A stretch of 64,000 nt of DNA from contig CM035354.1 of NCBI GenBank assembly GCA_020137815.1, forward strand, positions 3,534,001 through 3,598,000, in the 5' to 3' direction. The notes below the pieces were generated by a model. That model was given only the letters and a program-made list of their open reading frames with translations, was not told the DNA's origin and did no database searches. The DNA comes from Hormiphora californensis (Eukaryota; Animalia; Ctenophora). Positions 20,183 to 55,508 of the stretch are shown here, piece after piece. The position numbers were made by a program, and so were the translations under genes. The stretch's first letter is position 1, and the number at the start of each line of letters is the position of its first letter.

Positions 20183-23100
20183 ATGGACGCAGCAGCAGCG
20201 ATTGTAGCAGCATCTGTAGCACGACAGAAACATAATCATGGTGATGAGAGTCACCATGGTGATAGAGGGGAGGGTCACCATGGTGATAGAGGGGAGAGTC
20301 ACCATGGTGATAGAGAGTCACCGAGTCCCCATGGTAACGAGGATGAAAATCTAGATTCAGTACTTGGTGATCTCATGGCCTCACCTCCACCCCCTCCTAG
20401 AAAGGAGGGAGATCTAGAAAATGGGAAGGGGTTGGTTACACCTAACCTCCCTGCTGTGCCAAAAGCTTCAGGAGGTTTTGCGGGCCTAGCAGCTGGATTA
20501 GCACGTAAGCGGCAGGAATCTGAGGAAGAGCAACCAGCCCCTGCTAAAGGAGATATGGGAAATGGAAAGGGGTTGGTTAACCCCCTAAATAATCCAAAAG
20601 CTCCAGGGGGTTTCGCAGGCCTAGCGGCTGGATTAGCACGAAAGGAGGGAGATATGGGAAATGGAAAGGGGTTGGTTAACCCACCAAATAATCCAAAAGC
20701 TCCAGGGGGTTTCGCAGGCCTAGCAGCTGGATTAGCACGAAAGGAGGGAGATCTAGAAAATGGAAAGGGAATGGTTAACCCCCCAAAAGCATCAGGGGGG
20801 TTTGCGGGTCTCGCAGCTGGATTAGCACGAAAGAGTTCACAAGGAGATAAACTAGGAACTCTCCCCAGCACTACTGATAGTATTAGTAACATCGCTGCTA
20901 CAGCACCAAATAACCCAAGACAGGCATGGAGGAGGATCAGCGATCTTCTGAAATCTCTTGATGACGTACAACAGAGACCAGTTACACTGGGAATTGGGGA
21001 TCCAGCCTCTACCAGGGGAGAGAAAGTGAAGATAAAAGTGGCAGGTTAGATGTTAGGGCTCAACTTATACAAAATGAAAACCTGTTATGGTACACTGATT
21101 TTTTGTCGTGTTTCAGGGATGAATTCAAACTGATAGTGTTCATGGATAGGTGACTAGCCTCCCTCCCTCTCTATCAGGAGATATCTTTGTGACGTTTTAT
21201 TCGACCCTGGCTCGATTCCCTGACACCTTACTGGGTGACCCAATTAGAAGGGAGCGGTACTGGAACGAGGCAGAGGGGATGTATGTGTTCAATAGGAACA
21301 GGCAGATGTTTGAGTGGGTACTACACTTTTATCAGTACAACGGTGATCTATACATCCCTCAGGTACCAAGCAACAGGGCGTTGTGAGATGCGTGTAATAG
21401 CTTTCCAATGCAATTTCCATTTAGAATAGTTTCACGGGAGAGATCAAAAAGGTCCCATCTCTACTTAATTTAATTGTGAGTTTTCACCATCCTAAAACGA
21501 CAAACGTATCCCTAACATCGCCATCTCCCTCCCAGAGCATGCCGGCGGATCTGATTGAAAGAGAGCTAGTTTTCTGGGGCCTATCCGATGGCAACTCCTC
21601 CAAAGTCAACAGCCCAGTTCGTGCCCCCTCCCCGAAGAAAGCACAGCGGCCCAAAGCAGCCCCAGTGCCACTGAGAGAGAGAATTTACAAGATGGTCAAC
21701 GTTCCATATTCTTCCATTGCTGCCACGGTACTGAAAGTTGCCGTCAGAGCATTGTCCTGACAGGAAAGTTGTTTCTCTCTTTCACCCGAACCAAGTTAGA
21801 TAGAACTAAGAGTCTGTTAGAGCATTGGCTTGGCGACAATCGAGGTCAGATTATTGGCATGACAGCTAAGAGTCAGAATATGATTTAATAGATCGTGATT
21901 ATTTCAGATCTGGACTCTACTTGATGTGTTATTTATCCTCATCTCCACGGCCGCCTTCACCATCGAAACAGAGCCATATATGGAGAGTCTGGGGAACAAA
22001 ACCATAACTGGGAAACCCGGTGGAATGTTGATTACAGATTCATTTTTCATTATAGACGGGTTAGTGCGGCTGGGATGGGTTAGGTTGTCAATAACTAGGT
22101 GAGATCGTTATTTAACTAGGTGAGAGCATGGTGAGATCGTTACTTTAACTAGGTGAGAGCAGGTAAGATCGTTACTTTAACTAGATGAGAGCAAGTGAGA
22201 TCGTTACTTTAACTAGGTGAGAGGCAGCTTTGCACTGACCTCCTCTCTTACACCTAGGGTCTGTGTGACATTCTTCTCCGCTGATCTCATACTAAAATTT
22301 GTAAGTTGGCCAAAGAAACTCGCATTCTTCTACGAAGTACTAAACTGGTTGGACATGACAGCGGTGGCCCCATTTTATATTCAGGTACATTGAGATAGCC
22401 CTGCCCCTTTTTGAGACCCGTTCGAGGTTCCCAGGATTATTCCCACAGGCTAACATTTAGCAGCTCCTAAACCACCACCCCTCTCCCTACAGCTGGTGAC
22501 GGTAGTTTTTAACGGCTTCCAAATTATCCATCTCCCCACATTGTTTATCCTCCGAATTGGACGGGTGGTGCGACTCTTTAAACTGGTCAGAAGAATCCCT
22601 GCCCTGACCTTGGTTATCAATATCATTAGCGGCAGTTACAAGGAAATGGGAATGCTAGCCATCTTGTGGAGTATTTCTGTAAGTATACACTGCTCCACCG
22701 CAAAGTTATTGTATGATATATACCCCTACACTGCTCCACCGCAAAGTTATTGTCTGATATATAACCCCTACACTTGTTCCACCACAAAGTTATTCCCCCA
22801 CTTCCCAGGTTTATATCTCTGCTGCGATGGTGTATTACTTGGAGAATATGGAGGGAGATAGTGATCAGTTTGGTACCATGTTGAGTGCTCTCTGGTGGAG
22901 TGTGGTTACCATGGGAACCGTGGGATACGGGGATATATCTCCTGCCACTGCAGGGGGAAAGGTATACCCAATAGGGGGAGGGTGACATATCTCCTGCAAC
23001 TGCAATGGAAAGGTTGGCCACATTGATACCTGAGTAAGATCGACGTCGCGCGCGACTGAGATCGATCTCACATGCGGAGCGAGAATAGGTTGCAATGGAG

Positions 23101-23540
23101 CCAAGGGGAAAGGTACTCAATGGGGGCGGGGGATATATCTCCTGCAACTGCAGGTGGAAAGGTACTCAATGGGGGGTCCTAGGCTCTAGAAAAGTGCCAA
23201 CAGATACTGAACTAACATGTCGCCCCTCTAATTCCAGACTGCAGCAGTGTTTGTTGTGTTTGGCTCAATGATATTCCTGACTCTACCAATGACCGTCATC
23301 GTCAGCAAGTTCAACGACGTAAGTTGTCAAGTGATGCCCATATATGGTCAAACACCTAAGTGAAAGTACCAGACAGGTAATATAATCGGTTACCCAACAA
23401 GTAAATAATGGGCTGTTTAATTCTTGCAGGTGTACGATGTGATGAAGAAGAATGAAAAGATGGATAAATCTCGGAGGAACTTTGATTCTCTGCCACTGAA
23501 AGAAAAGATTCTGCTGGTCCAATCACGAGCCATGATATAA
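20183..23540 (+). CDS. Shaker-family voltage-gated K+ channel; exons 20183-21044, 21178-21362, 21536-21727, 21908-22059, 22258-22384, 22493-22678, 22809-22961, 23238-23318, 23430-23540
   Basis: T1 domain (TLARFPDTLLGDP...YVFNRNRQMFEWVLHFYQ), S4 LRIGRVVRLFKLVR, pore ALWWSVVTMGTVGYGDISP, S6 FLTLPMTVIVSKF. Confidence 0.93.
21741..21763. mobile_element. 23-bp quasi-palindromic insertion with 8-bp TSD
   Basis: GAAAGTTG-CCGTCAGAGCATTGTCCTGACAG-GAAAGTTG. Confidence 0.7.
21814..21865. mobile_element. 52-bp two-unit member of the same family with 8-bp TSD
   Basis: CTAAGAGT-CTGTTAGAGCATTGGCTTG...GTCAGATTATTGGCATGACAG-CTAAGAGT. Confidence 0.7.
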
Positions 23541-23852
23541 TCTGCACTATTCATTTGAACATGACATGTTCTGGGTTTAGAAACAATATTTCAGCATCAT
23601 ATAACGATTTTTGTGTGTTTCGCAGCAGTACACTTCATGATTATTTCCCAGGAAAATCAGTTTGTATTGATTCTATACCCGGACTCCGATTAGGATTCAC
23701 CTTGCCTTGCTCGACCATGTTTCACTGCGCCCCGCAAAATAGATTTCACCATGTGATCGGACAACAAGTCCCAAAAACAATTCAAAACAATTATATCTTC
23801 TCAAAACAGTGTAGCACAGAAAACCATTGAACAACAATTGCCACATGACATG

Positions 23853-46066
<22,214 letters not shown>

Positions 46067-46317
46067 CAATGGAGGAGGAGGAGGAGGCTAGGGAGGAGGA
46101 TGTCAACTGTCGAGCCATTAATCAGCTGCTCCTGATGAGGTGCTGGAAGATACTACCACTAGGATCAGCTTTTCCTTCTTCTTCTTCCCAGTGTAATGAC
46201 TCATTAAAATACGACTTGTGTACTGCGGGGGAAGTGCACTAGGTAATGGGAGGAAATACACAGAGACAGGTAGACGCGGAGGATTAGCTCCTCTTCTCAT
46301 CTACCTATCTTTGGACA

Positions 46318-46352
<35 letters not shown>

Positions 46353-46785
46353 GTCACTAGTGCGGTCTTTGCAGAAGATCACAGGCCGCATGCACATGCG
46401 ATTGAAGCTTAGACACGTGTAACTAGATAAGGCAGTGGGAAAGAGTCGAGCGCTTAGGTAGTTGCATAAAGTATAATGATTAAATTAATAATTGTTCAAA
46501 CAAAGTTATTTCAGCAAAAAAATAGTAACTTTGAAGTTCGGCTAGGTAATTTGTAAAGCAAAGATGGGATATTTGAATAAGGGATAGTAGAAAAATCGGA
46601 ACAGTGCTTGGATCAGGCAGTGAGCTCATAATGACCAAAGACAAAGCAGTATTTATCAGAAAAAGCATACAGAGAAAGATCATGTGGGAGACCGATGCAA
46701 AGCGTCGTGTATGAAGATCGGAAAACGGGTAATTTCGCCATTTCTCGGGGCTGCTGGAGAGAGAGAAAGTGAGAAAGAGAGATAT

Positions 46786-46819
<34 letters not shown>

Positions 46820-46830
46820 TGAGTGAGAGA

Positions 46831-46908
<78 letters not shown>

Positions 46909-47140
46909 GTGAGAGAGAGGGAGATTTTGTGATTAGACCTGCCTGGATTGCAGGCTTGAGAATGGAGAATAGCAGCACAAAATGAGCACCGTGGGAGAGA
47001 AGGAGGATGAGAAAATGTTGGTTATTCATGCAAAACCTCTTGAGATCTGAGGTGTGTGTGTGTGGTGGGGACCCCTTTTCTCTCACCATTACCAAATGGA
47101 AAGCTTCTTTCTCTCTTCTCTCTCTCTCTCTCTCTCTCCC

Positions 47141-47231
<91 letters not shown>

Positions 47232-48137
47232 TCTCTCCCTCTCTTTCTTAGGCAATCCTGGAATCTTGGATCTCTCTCTCTCCTTGAGCTCATCCCCCAA
47301 TACACTGTGTATGCACATGGGTGTAACCCTTCTGCAATACCCTCTTTCTCAGCGCTCTCTCTCTTTTTCTTTCTTACTCTCACTCTCTCACCCTCTTTCC
47401 CACTCTATCTCACTCTATCTCTCCCTGGCTCTCTCACTCTCTCACTCCAGGTTCAAGCAATGATCCCTACTCGGCCGGAAGAACAGGCAGTGCAATAGTT
47501 ACCCAGGGAGAGAGAGCGATATAGATAGAGGTGAGAAGAGAGTGTAAAGAGATGTCTATAGCAGATATCTAGAGAGCGAAGAGATAGGATATATCGAGAT
47601 AGACAGAGAGAGATCGAGAGATATAGAGAGGACGAGAGATGGGCGATAGGAACAGAGCACTTGGATCATAATACCCGAACAGTGAGGAGGTGTACATAGT
47701 ACAAGAGTTGAATGACTCCTTACTCCGTGATCATGAAACAATATCAAGTGGAGAATAGGGGACTGGAGAAACAATATCAAGTGGAGAATAGGGGGCTGGA
47801 GAGAGCGAGAGGACTGGAGAGAGCGAGAGGACTGGAGACAGTAGCTTGCTGCTCAGTGGCTATACCGTAGTACTACCAAACCAAACTAAACCAAATCAGG
47901 ACTAGGAAGAGAGGAATGGGGAGAGATGACCGGAGAGAGAGGACTGGAGAGAGAGAGAGAGAGGAATGGAGAGTGAGGACTGAAGAGAGAGGAGGAGAAA
48001 AGAGAAATACTGTGTTGGAATGTATAGAGCGATATAAGGAAAACGATCCTGGATAGTGCTGCAGACTGCAGTAGCAGGGGATTCCTGGAAAACACCATTA
48101 CAGTTCTACCATTCTTCAAAGATCTCCATTAGCACAA

Positions 48138-48200
48138 TCATTGTCTCAACGTGTTGCATACATTGTGCAGCACAATGTATGCAACACGTTGAGACAATGA
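48138..48200. repeat. Perfect 31-bp inverted repeat with a 1-nt spacer
   Basis: TCATTGTCTCAACGTGTTGCATACATTGTGC-A-GCACAATGTATGCAACACGTTGAGACAATGA. Confidence 0.95.
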
Positions 48201-50025
48201 ACAAGAAGCAGCTTGTGTCACCCTAACAACCATTGTCATTGGTCATCAAGAGTATGAATTGCAAAGTATAGCTCAAAGCTCATTTAAGATTTTCCAGGAC
48301 CTGGTTCCAGGAGGCAAGTACCCCGTCCACGTCCAGGCCTTCGTAGTTATAGGGTACGTGCCTTAAATGTAGGGCACGTACTAAGAGACAACAATATTGC
48401 AACTATGTTTCAAGGGGGAGGAGGTTGTAGTAACTGAACTCCAAGGGGGAGGGGGTGGATACAGTAGTAAGCTCCAAGGTTTGACAGGCAATAAGAGAGT
48501 GCATGTGTGTGTAACATACCCCACACACACGCGTAGTACAGAATTGGTTAGATCTCAGAGATCTGTCATGTGTAATTTCGGAGTACGTGTGTGCAGTACA
48601 CAGAGCTAGTGTCAACTAGTGCAGTATCATCATCATGAGAGGAAACTGGGCTACTGACCTGCAGCAGACCAGTACACTGATCATCAAATGATCATCTTTT
48701 CTCCCTCTCTCTCACTCTCTCTCAATCTATCTCTCTCCTCTCTCCCTCTCTCTCTTTATCTCTCCTCTCTCTCTCTCTTTCTACCCTGGCCTCTCTAAGT
48801 TGTTTGCATAAATTTTAGCTACTACATGTTTAAATTTAATAGGAAATTGTAACTCCAAAGAAAGCTCACAAAGTTCAAGGAGAGCTCTCCGTGCTGCATA
48901 GAGAGAGGGCTGCTGCTTCACAGGAAGATTTCACTGGAAGATTTGTGCAGGGTTAAATGATGACGAGCTGCTGCACAGATCGGGAGAAGTTGTTGTGTGA
49001 GTGTGTTTATAATTATAGGCTAATGGTGAGCGTGCGGTAGTTAACCGATTTATATCTCCTTTGCTATTTGCCGCTCTTGCTTCAAATCATAAATATCATG
49101 ATTTAACATGCACATAACTCAGAGAAATGTATTTGTGGGCTAGGTTAAAGTAGGCAGCAATTGAGGGGAGTAGCAAGTGAGCTGTGGTCCACGTCTAGAG
49201 GGATTGGACCCTGCAATGACAGGTGTCAATGAAATAATATGCATATGCTGACACTACTAATGCATGGGGCTATTATAATCCGTGCAAATTCTGGACAAGT
49301 ACAGGAAGTTACAAACTATGCGGGAGGATAAGGAGCAGCCAGCATCCTCTCTCTATCCCCCCGGCCCCCTCTCTCTCTCTCCCTCTCTGAGGGACAAGTG
49401 TGAAGGATGTGTAGAGATCGGGTGTAAAGTGGTATTAGGAACCTAGCAGTTGGTCTGAACGAGAGAGAATGAGAGAGAAAGAGAGAGAGAGAGAGAGGAG
49501 GAGAGAAGAGGAGATAAGGGAGAAATGAGAGAGTGGTGAGATGAGATAGAAGATAGAAGAAATTCAGCGGGCATGGGGTCAGGGGAAAATGAGAGAAATG
49601 AGGAGAGAAAGGCCAGAATACAAATCATAAAAGGGGAAGGACTCGCTAATTATAATATATAAGATAATAAAATAGACATGGAGAGTAACACAATCAGTAG
49701 GGAGTATAAACAGCCAAGGAAAAGGAGAGAATGGTCGAATATAGAATATGAGGAAAGCGAGAGAGAGAAAAGCGGAAAAAAGGAGATGATTAAAGACGAT
49801 AGAGAAGAGATAGAAAGCGGCTAAAAAAAGTTCTCTTCTAGCTAGTATCGCTCTTCCCTGATAAGGGGTCTCATTCGCTCTTTCCCTTCCGGTCATCCCC
49901 TTCCCTCCTTCTCGTCCCTGGTTCTCTAATTCCCGCCCCGCTTGCTCTCCTCTCTCCTCACATGCCAAGTCAAATTTACCCCCCCCCCTTCCCGTCCCCT
50001 TCCCTCTTTCATAATGAGTTCCCTG

Positions 50026-50125
50026 NNNNNNNNNNNNNNNNNNNNNNNNNNNNNNNNNNNNNNNNNNNNNNNNNNNNNNNNNNNNNNNNNNNNNNNNNNN
50101 NNNNNNNNNNNNNNNNNNNNNNNNN
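50026..50125. other. Assembly gap (100 N)
   Basis: N run. Confidence 1.
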
Positions 50126-50249
50126 AGGAATGAGAGAGGAAGAGGAGAAAAGAAATATGAGTGAGGAGATTGATAGATGAGAATGAGAAGAGAGATGAGA
50201 CAAAAGAGGAGAAAAGAGGATAGGGGAGAAAGGAGAGAGAAGCAGAAAA

Positions 50250-50311
<62 letters not shown>

Positions 50312-50315
50312 AGAG

Positions 50316-50350
<35 letters not shown>

Positions 50351-52770
50351 AGAGCGGGGTGATTCACTCACCATGAGTGGCAAGATTCATGGTACATACT
50401 AAGCACTAAGCAAGTACAATGTATATATATACTGAGTAGATAGCGAGTCCCTGGCCCACTAATCAGTAATTAGTAATTATAATGTCTCTCGGATTTCGAA
50501 ACTATTCTTACACTTATATATTTTAACATGATAGATTGGTATGACTTACTTGATTTAAGGCCAGTTTTGATGGTGATATCCAAGTCGTTGATCTCCACAA
50601 GTCCCGATTTCTCATTCAATCTAAAGCCTCCTCTCGATTATCATATACCCCCCATCCAGATCTTGAAGAAGGACATTCGGCCACAAAGGGATTACTTATG
50701 AGCCGGTTTCCACGTTAGAAGTTCATATCCCACAAGATCTTCGTGCTAGCTGGCTAGATATCCCAAAAGTTTCAACGGATGATATCGCTAAGGCGGGTGA
50801 CACACTGAAGTTGGGCGCACCTGCGAAACTTCGAACTTCAGTGTGTGTCGCGAGGTTGAGAGTTGAACGCGCGCGACCAATGTCAGTGTGTCTCCCCCCT
50901 ATGACCAGGGAACTTCCTGGAACACCACAGGAACTTCCTGGAACACCACAGGAACTTCCTGCGTTGAACTGTCTCCGAGGCTTGAAATCTTTAACTCTGT
51001 CTCCAATCCAGGTGCCGAGATTTACAAAGTTCGGTGGGTGTAAGACTTAGCCGGTAAGTTTTTCATCATTTCACCAAGGCAAGATCATCCGCAACAATTG
51101 TAGAGCAGAATAATGCTAACACATTACAACGAAAACGAATTTTCAAGCTAAAAAAATTGACCGGCACTGTCAACTGTGGTACTCGTTGGATATACCTTGG
51201 CGCGGATGGGTCAATGGTCTGCAGATAGGTAACTGGGTCTAGTATTTTCATGGGTGAGTTATTTGTGGTGGGTGTGTTGCTGACGGTGCCTGGTGGTGTT
51301 AGTGCACAAAATGGTGTTGTTTATTTGTGGTGACGGTGGTAGTTGGAAGCTGTATGGTGGTAGTAATGAGAAGCAGAAGTCTGTGACGGTGAAATTGTGC
51401 AACACACTGCACGGCATGGAAGCCACGCTGTGTTGATTGTGCAGACCTAGGTTGCATTTGGTGACGATGGTAGCTGTGTTGTGACATCATGACAGCAAGG
51501 TTGAGTGTAGTACAGCTCTTAGGTGAGACAAGGATTTGATTCCTCACCTGACGTAGTGTTCCGTTCTTCTTCTCCTGTTGAAGAGTCCTCCAATAGTGTT
51601 GGCGGGTGTGACGGACTCTGTTATAGAGCTCTCCAACAAAGCGGGATATATCAAACCCATAGTCATACCGAGCCATGGTGGCCGGCCCTCAGCTGGGAGG
51701 AAAGAGGGGGTCAGAATGGGGCACAGTGTTGAGGGTGTTGACTATTTGGTTCTCAGCTGGGAGGAAAGAAGGGGTCAGACTGGGGCGGTGTTGACTGGGG
51801 TTAGATATCATTGGTAGATAAGAGATATATAGATGTCGTAGTGGATATGGGGGGAAAACGTGCAGAAAACGGTCTACAGAACTGTCTATAGACGTAGGGA
51901 GGTATACCTCCCTATATGTACATCAGACCATCTTATAAAATGAAAGAAGTCCTGAACTACCACAAGAATGAAAACTTAACCGCCAGAACCACAATACTTG
52001 AAATTATGAACATTTTGCAATCTAAAGTAGATGATTTTATGAATCATTGCACTATTATATCAAAGACATGAAGATTTCGTATACTTTATGATAATGGTTT
52101 TGACAGCTGAACGAGTAGATCGACCATTCTAAAGAGCTAAGCAGAATACTATTTAGCAAGAGGACCTACATTTTTACTACTAATGACTCTCTTTACTCTT
52201 ATTTTAATGGACCCAATCTAGATTCATTTCCTACATACTATTGCTGTACAAGTACTACTGAAATACTGGCAGTGCTTAATAACAACAACCCATTACTGCA
52301 GACTTCTTCAATATTTAATGCTATAGTCCACGGAAAATGAATAAGGCGGACCGTTTAAATGCGTGTTACCGGTTCAGGGACATAGCAAGTAGGAAAAGTA
52401 CGTTGCGCATGATTTTGCCATTGTGTGCGGCAATACTGGTTTTGGGCCGTGAACCACATAGGGCGGTCTGAATGTGCAAGGACACCACAGCCCGGACAGT
52501 CTTTGGCGGACCTCGATCCGCCGAAGTTATTTTCCACGAAGTATAGTTCTGCAGTATTGGGTTTAAACGATGAAACAACTTTACATTATATCAACATACC
52601 ACTATGGCCTATGAATTGTAGCAACACGAACCAGTATAGGCTACAAACAACTAAACAGTAAATGAGGCCAGGCTCGATAATAGATCGTGTAATACATGTC
52701 GGAAAACACATCGATAAGCGTTTTCTCCATCTCTGGAAATCGATAGGAGAGAGCGAGCGAGCGATAGAGG

Positions 52771-52809
<39 letters not shown>

Positions 52810-53132
52810 TTGCCAGATGTTTGTGCTTATATTGCTTAATTAGACCGTTTTTCCTTGAATCGGACCTGAAATATCGCCACTCGCCAGAGGATCGATAGGA
52901 GAAGATCTGGAAGATGATGGTAGAAAACTATATTTGCATCCCTCAACTATTTAGCAGGCAACCACAAAGATAATATCGGGAAGTTAGAGACCAAGTAACG
53001 AGATCGGGAAGTTAGAGACCATGTAACGAGATTGGGAAGACCGGAAAGCAGTCGCTTGATATGTATGGTACTTAAAAAATGGCCAAGATCAACGGAGACA
53101 CTCTTTTTCTTAGAGAGACTAGGAGAATCAGA

Positions 53133-53238
<106 letters not shown>

Positions 53239-54766
53239 GAGAGATAGAGAGATCAGAGAGGGAGTGAGAGAAGAAGGATCTAAATATGACATAAATTGAA
53301 TACAGTTAGAGAAAATACAGTGGGAAAAAGGAAAGTAGAGAGTACTTAGAAGGCTGGAATTGGGTAATGGGTCCCTCTATTTCTCAACGATCCTTTTCTC
53401 CTCTCTCCCTCTCTCTTTCTCTATCTCTCTCTCTCCCTCTCTCTTTCTCTATCTCTCTCTATCTCCTCTCTTTTTCCCTCTCTCTTTCTCTCTATCTCTC
53501 TCTCTTTCACTCTCTCCCGATCTGTTGTATACCGTACAGTATAGTTTCTAAACCCCCATGGTTCTCATTACTTCTGCCGATAACCCAACGATGAGTTACT
53601 CTCCGCCGTCACATACAAATCGCTCTATCTTTCTATCCCTATATCCCTCTCTCATACAAATCGCTCTATCTTTCTATCCCTATATCCCTCTCTCGCACAA
53701 ATCACTCTATCTTTCTATCTCTACCTCTCTCTCCCATACAAATCGCTCTATCTTTCTATCTCTACCTCCCTCTCCCATCAGCCATCTATCTCACTGTCAT
53801 TAGAAATAGGAACCCACCAAAGAATGGTGTCACCAACGATTGATGGAGAAGGGAGAAAGAGATAGATGGAGAGAGGGAGGAGGGAAAGAGAGAGACAGAG
53901 CGAGAGAGAGGGAGATAGAGGGATTAAAGATACCACTATAGTTTCACAATGATCACTGATTGATCTATCAAGAGTCCAGTAAAAGTAATCCATTGAGCAT
54001 ACGTCATGAAGTATTGGTGATACAGTCACCCCACCACTAGATCAGTCTTGCCTAGCTAGACTGTGTTTTGTGCGCCCCGCCCCCGAAACAAATATAAAGG
54101 GAGGGTTAGAACATAGCAATAAGCAATACCAGCCGTGTGAAGTGCAGCTAACGAAGCCTGCGAAACAATTAACATAAGAGGGGATGGCATCACTAACATG
54201 ACGTATCAATACTCAATGAATTTTGACGCGTCATGAATGATGATAATTGATATAGCAACATTCAACAAAGGATTGTGTGTCATACTGCATGACTGTAATG
54301 TCGCACACGCTGCGAGAATCGGCCGGTTCGGATCAGAAGGTAGTCTCTTGCGAGACAAAGGATTGTCAATTCAACTGTCACACAATACACCTTGCTCCTA
54401 GTTAAATGTGTAGTGGTACAAATTAAACACGGTTACAACACTGTTCAGCACATGTGGCATGGGATCATTTGGAAATTATAAGGTAGCACACCAGCACCTG
54501 GTCGTATAATTATGGGATGGAATATTATAGGGGGTCTACAGCAAGAAGGGCAATATGGGTGGCAACTGGCAGACAAGGATCGATCATTACAACCTGGTTA
54601 TAGGGGGATGAAAATAGTTCACGACCCATGGAGGGTGTTTTTATAAGAGGCACCTGGTGTGACTTGTTATATTTTCTAGAGAGGGTGGAGCAAAGCAATG
54701 TTTGACAGGATAGCTGCAATGTCAAATTCTCCTCTATCTCTCTATCTCTCTATCTATCTTTCTATC

Positions 54767-54842
<76 letters not shown>

Positions 54843-55424
54843 CCTGCCTCTATCCTGTCACTAATTCAAGCGTTACTTTTTCTAACAACATGATGTTAGT
54901 CGTACCCCAGCCTCGTGTTGTCTTAATTTGGAAAAATACTCCGTTTTTTAGATCACACCTGGTGTACACAAGATATTTTAGCCATAATTCCACCTCACTC
55001 GTATACCCAACTAAAGCACACATGGTAAAGAAATAAAACTACCCTCTCTATCTCTCTATCTCTCTCTTTCTCTCTCCCCCCTCTATCTCTTATTTTACCT
55101 GCGTAGGAAGAAGCGAAGGGTTGTTCACAACTAGAAATGTTCCGAGAGGTAGCAACTGGCCCTGAAAGAAATATTCGTCAAAGAAAGCAAAACGGGACAA
55201 AGAAAACGAGAGAGTGAGTAAGGCACAGAATGACTTTGAACCACGGCAATAATTCCAAGAGGGCTGAACTGAACTTGAGTTACAATTATTAGAACATCAA
55301 GTATCATGTAGTACAAACTTGTGGCTCACACCACGCTCTGTGTTAGTTACGAAATAACGCGCTGGCAAGGGAGGGTTAACTTCGTAACCAAGCTCTGTGA
55401 GGGCTCGGTAGACTAGTTACAAAC

Positions 55425-55508
55425 TAGTAACCGGACGGTTTGTCCAAACTGGTTCGAACGGTTCGGTTCAGACAATCAGACCGGTTTGGACTAACCGTCA
55501 GGTTCCTA
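55425..55508. mobile_element. hAT-type MITE, 84 bp
   Basis: TAG...CTA termini, ~29-bp imperfect TIRs, TSD TTACAAAC at 55417-24 and 55509-16. Confidence 0.8.

Noticed and set aside
19617-20207. 196-aa ORF upstream of the Kv gene
   Set aside because: No recognisable motif, and the second half is TG-rich low complexity.
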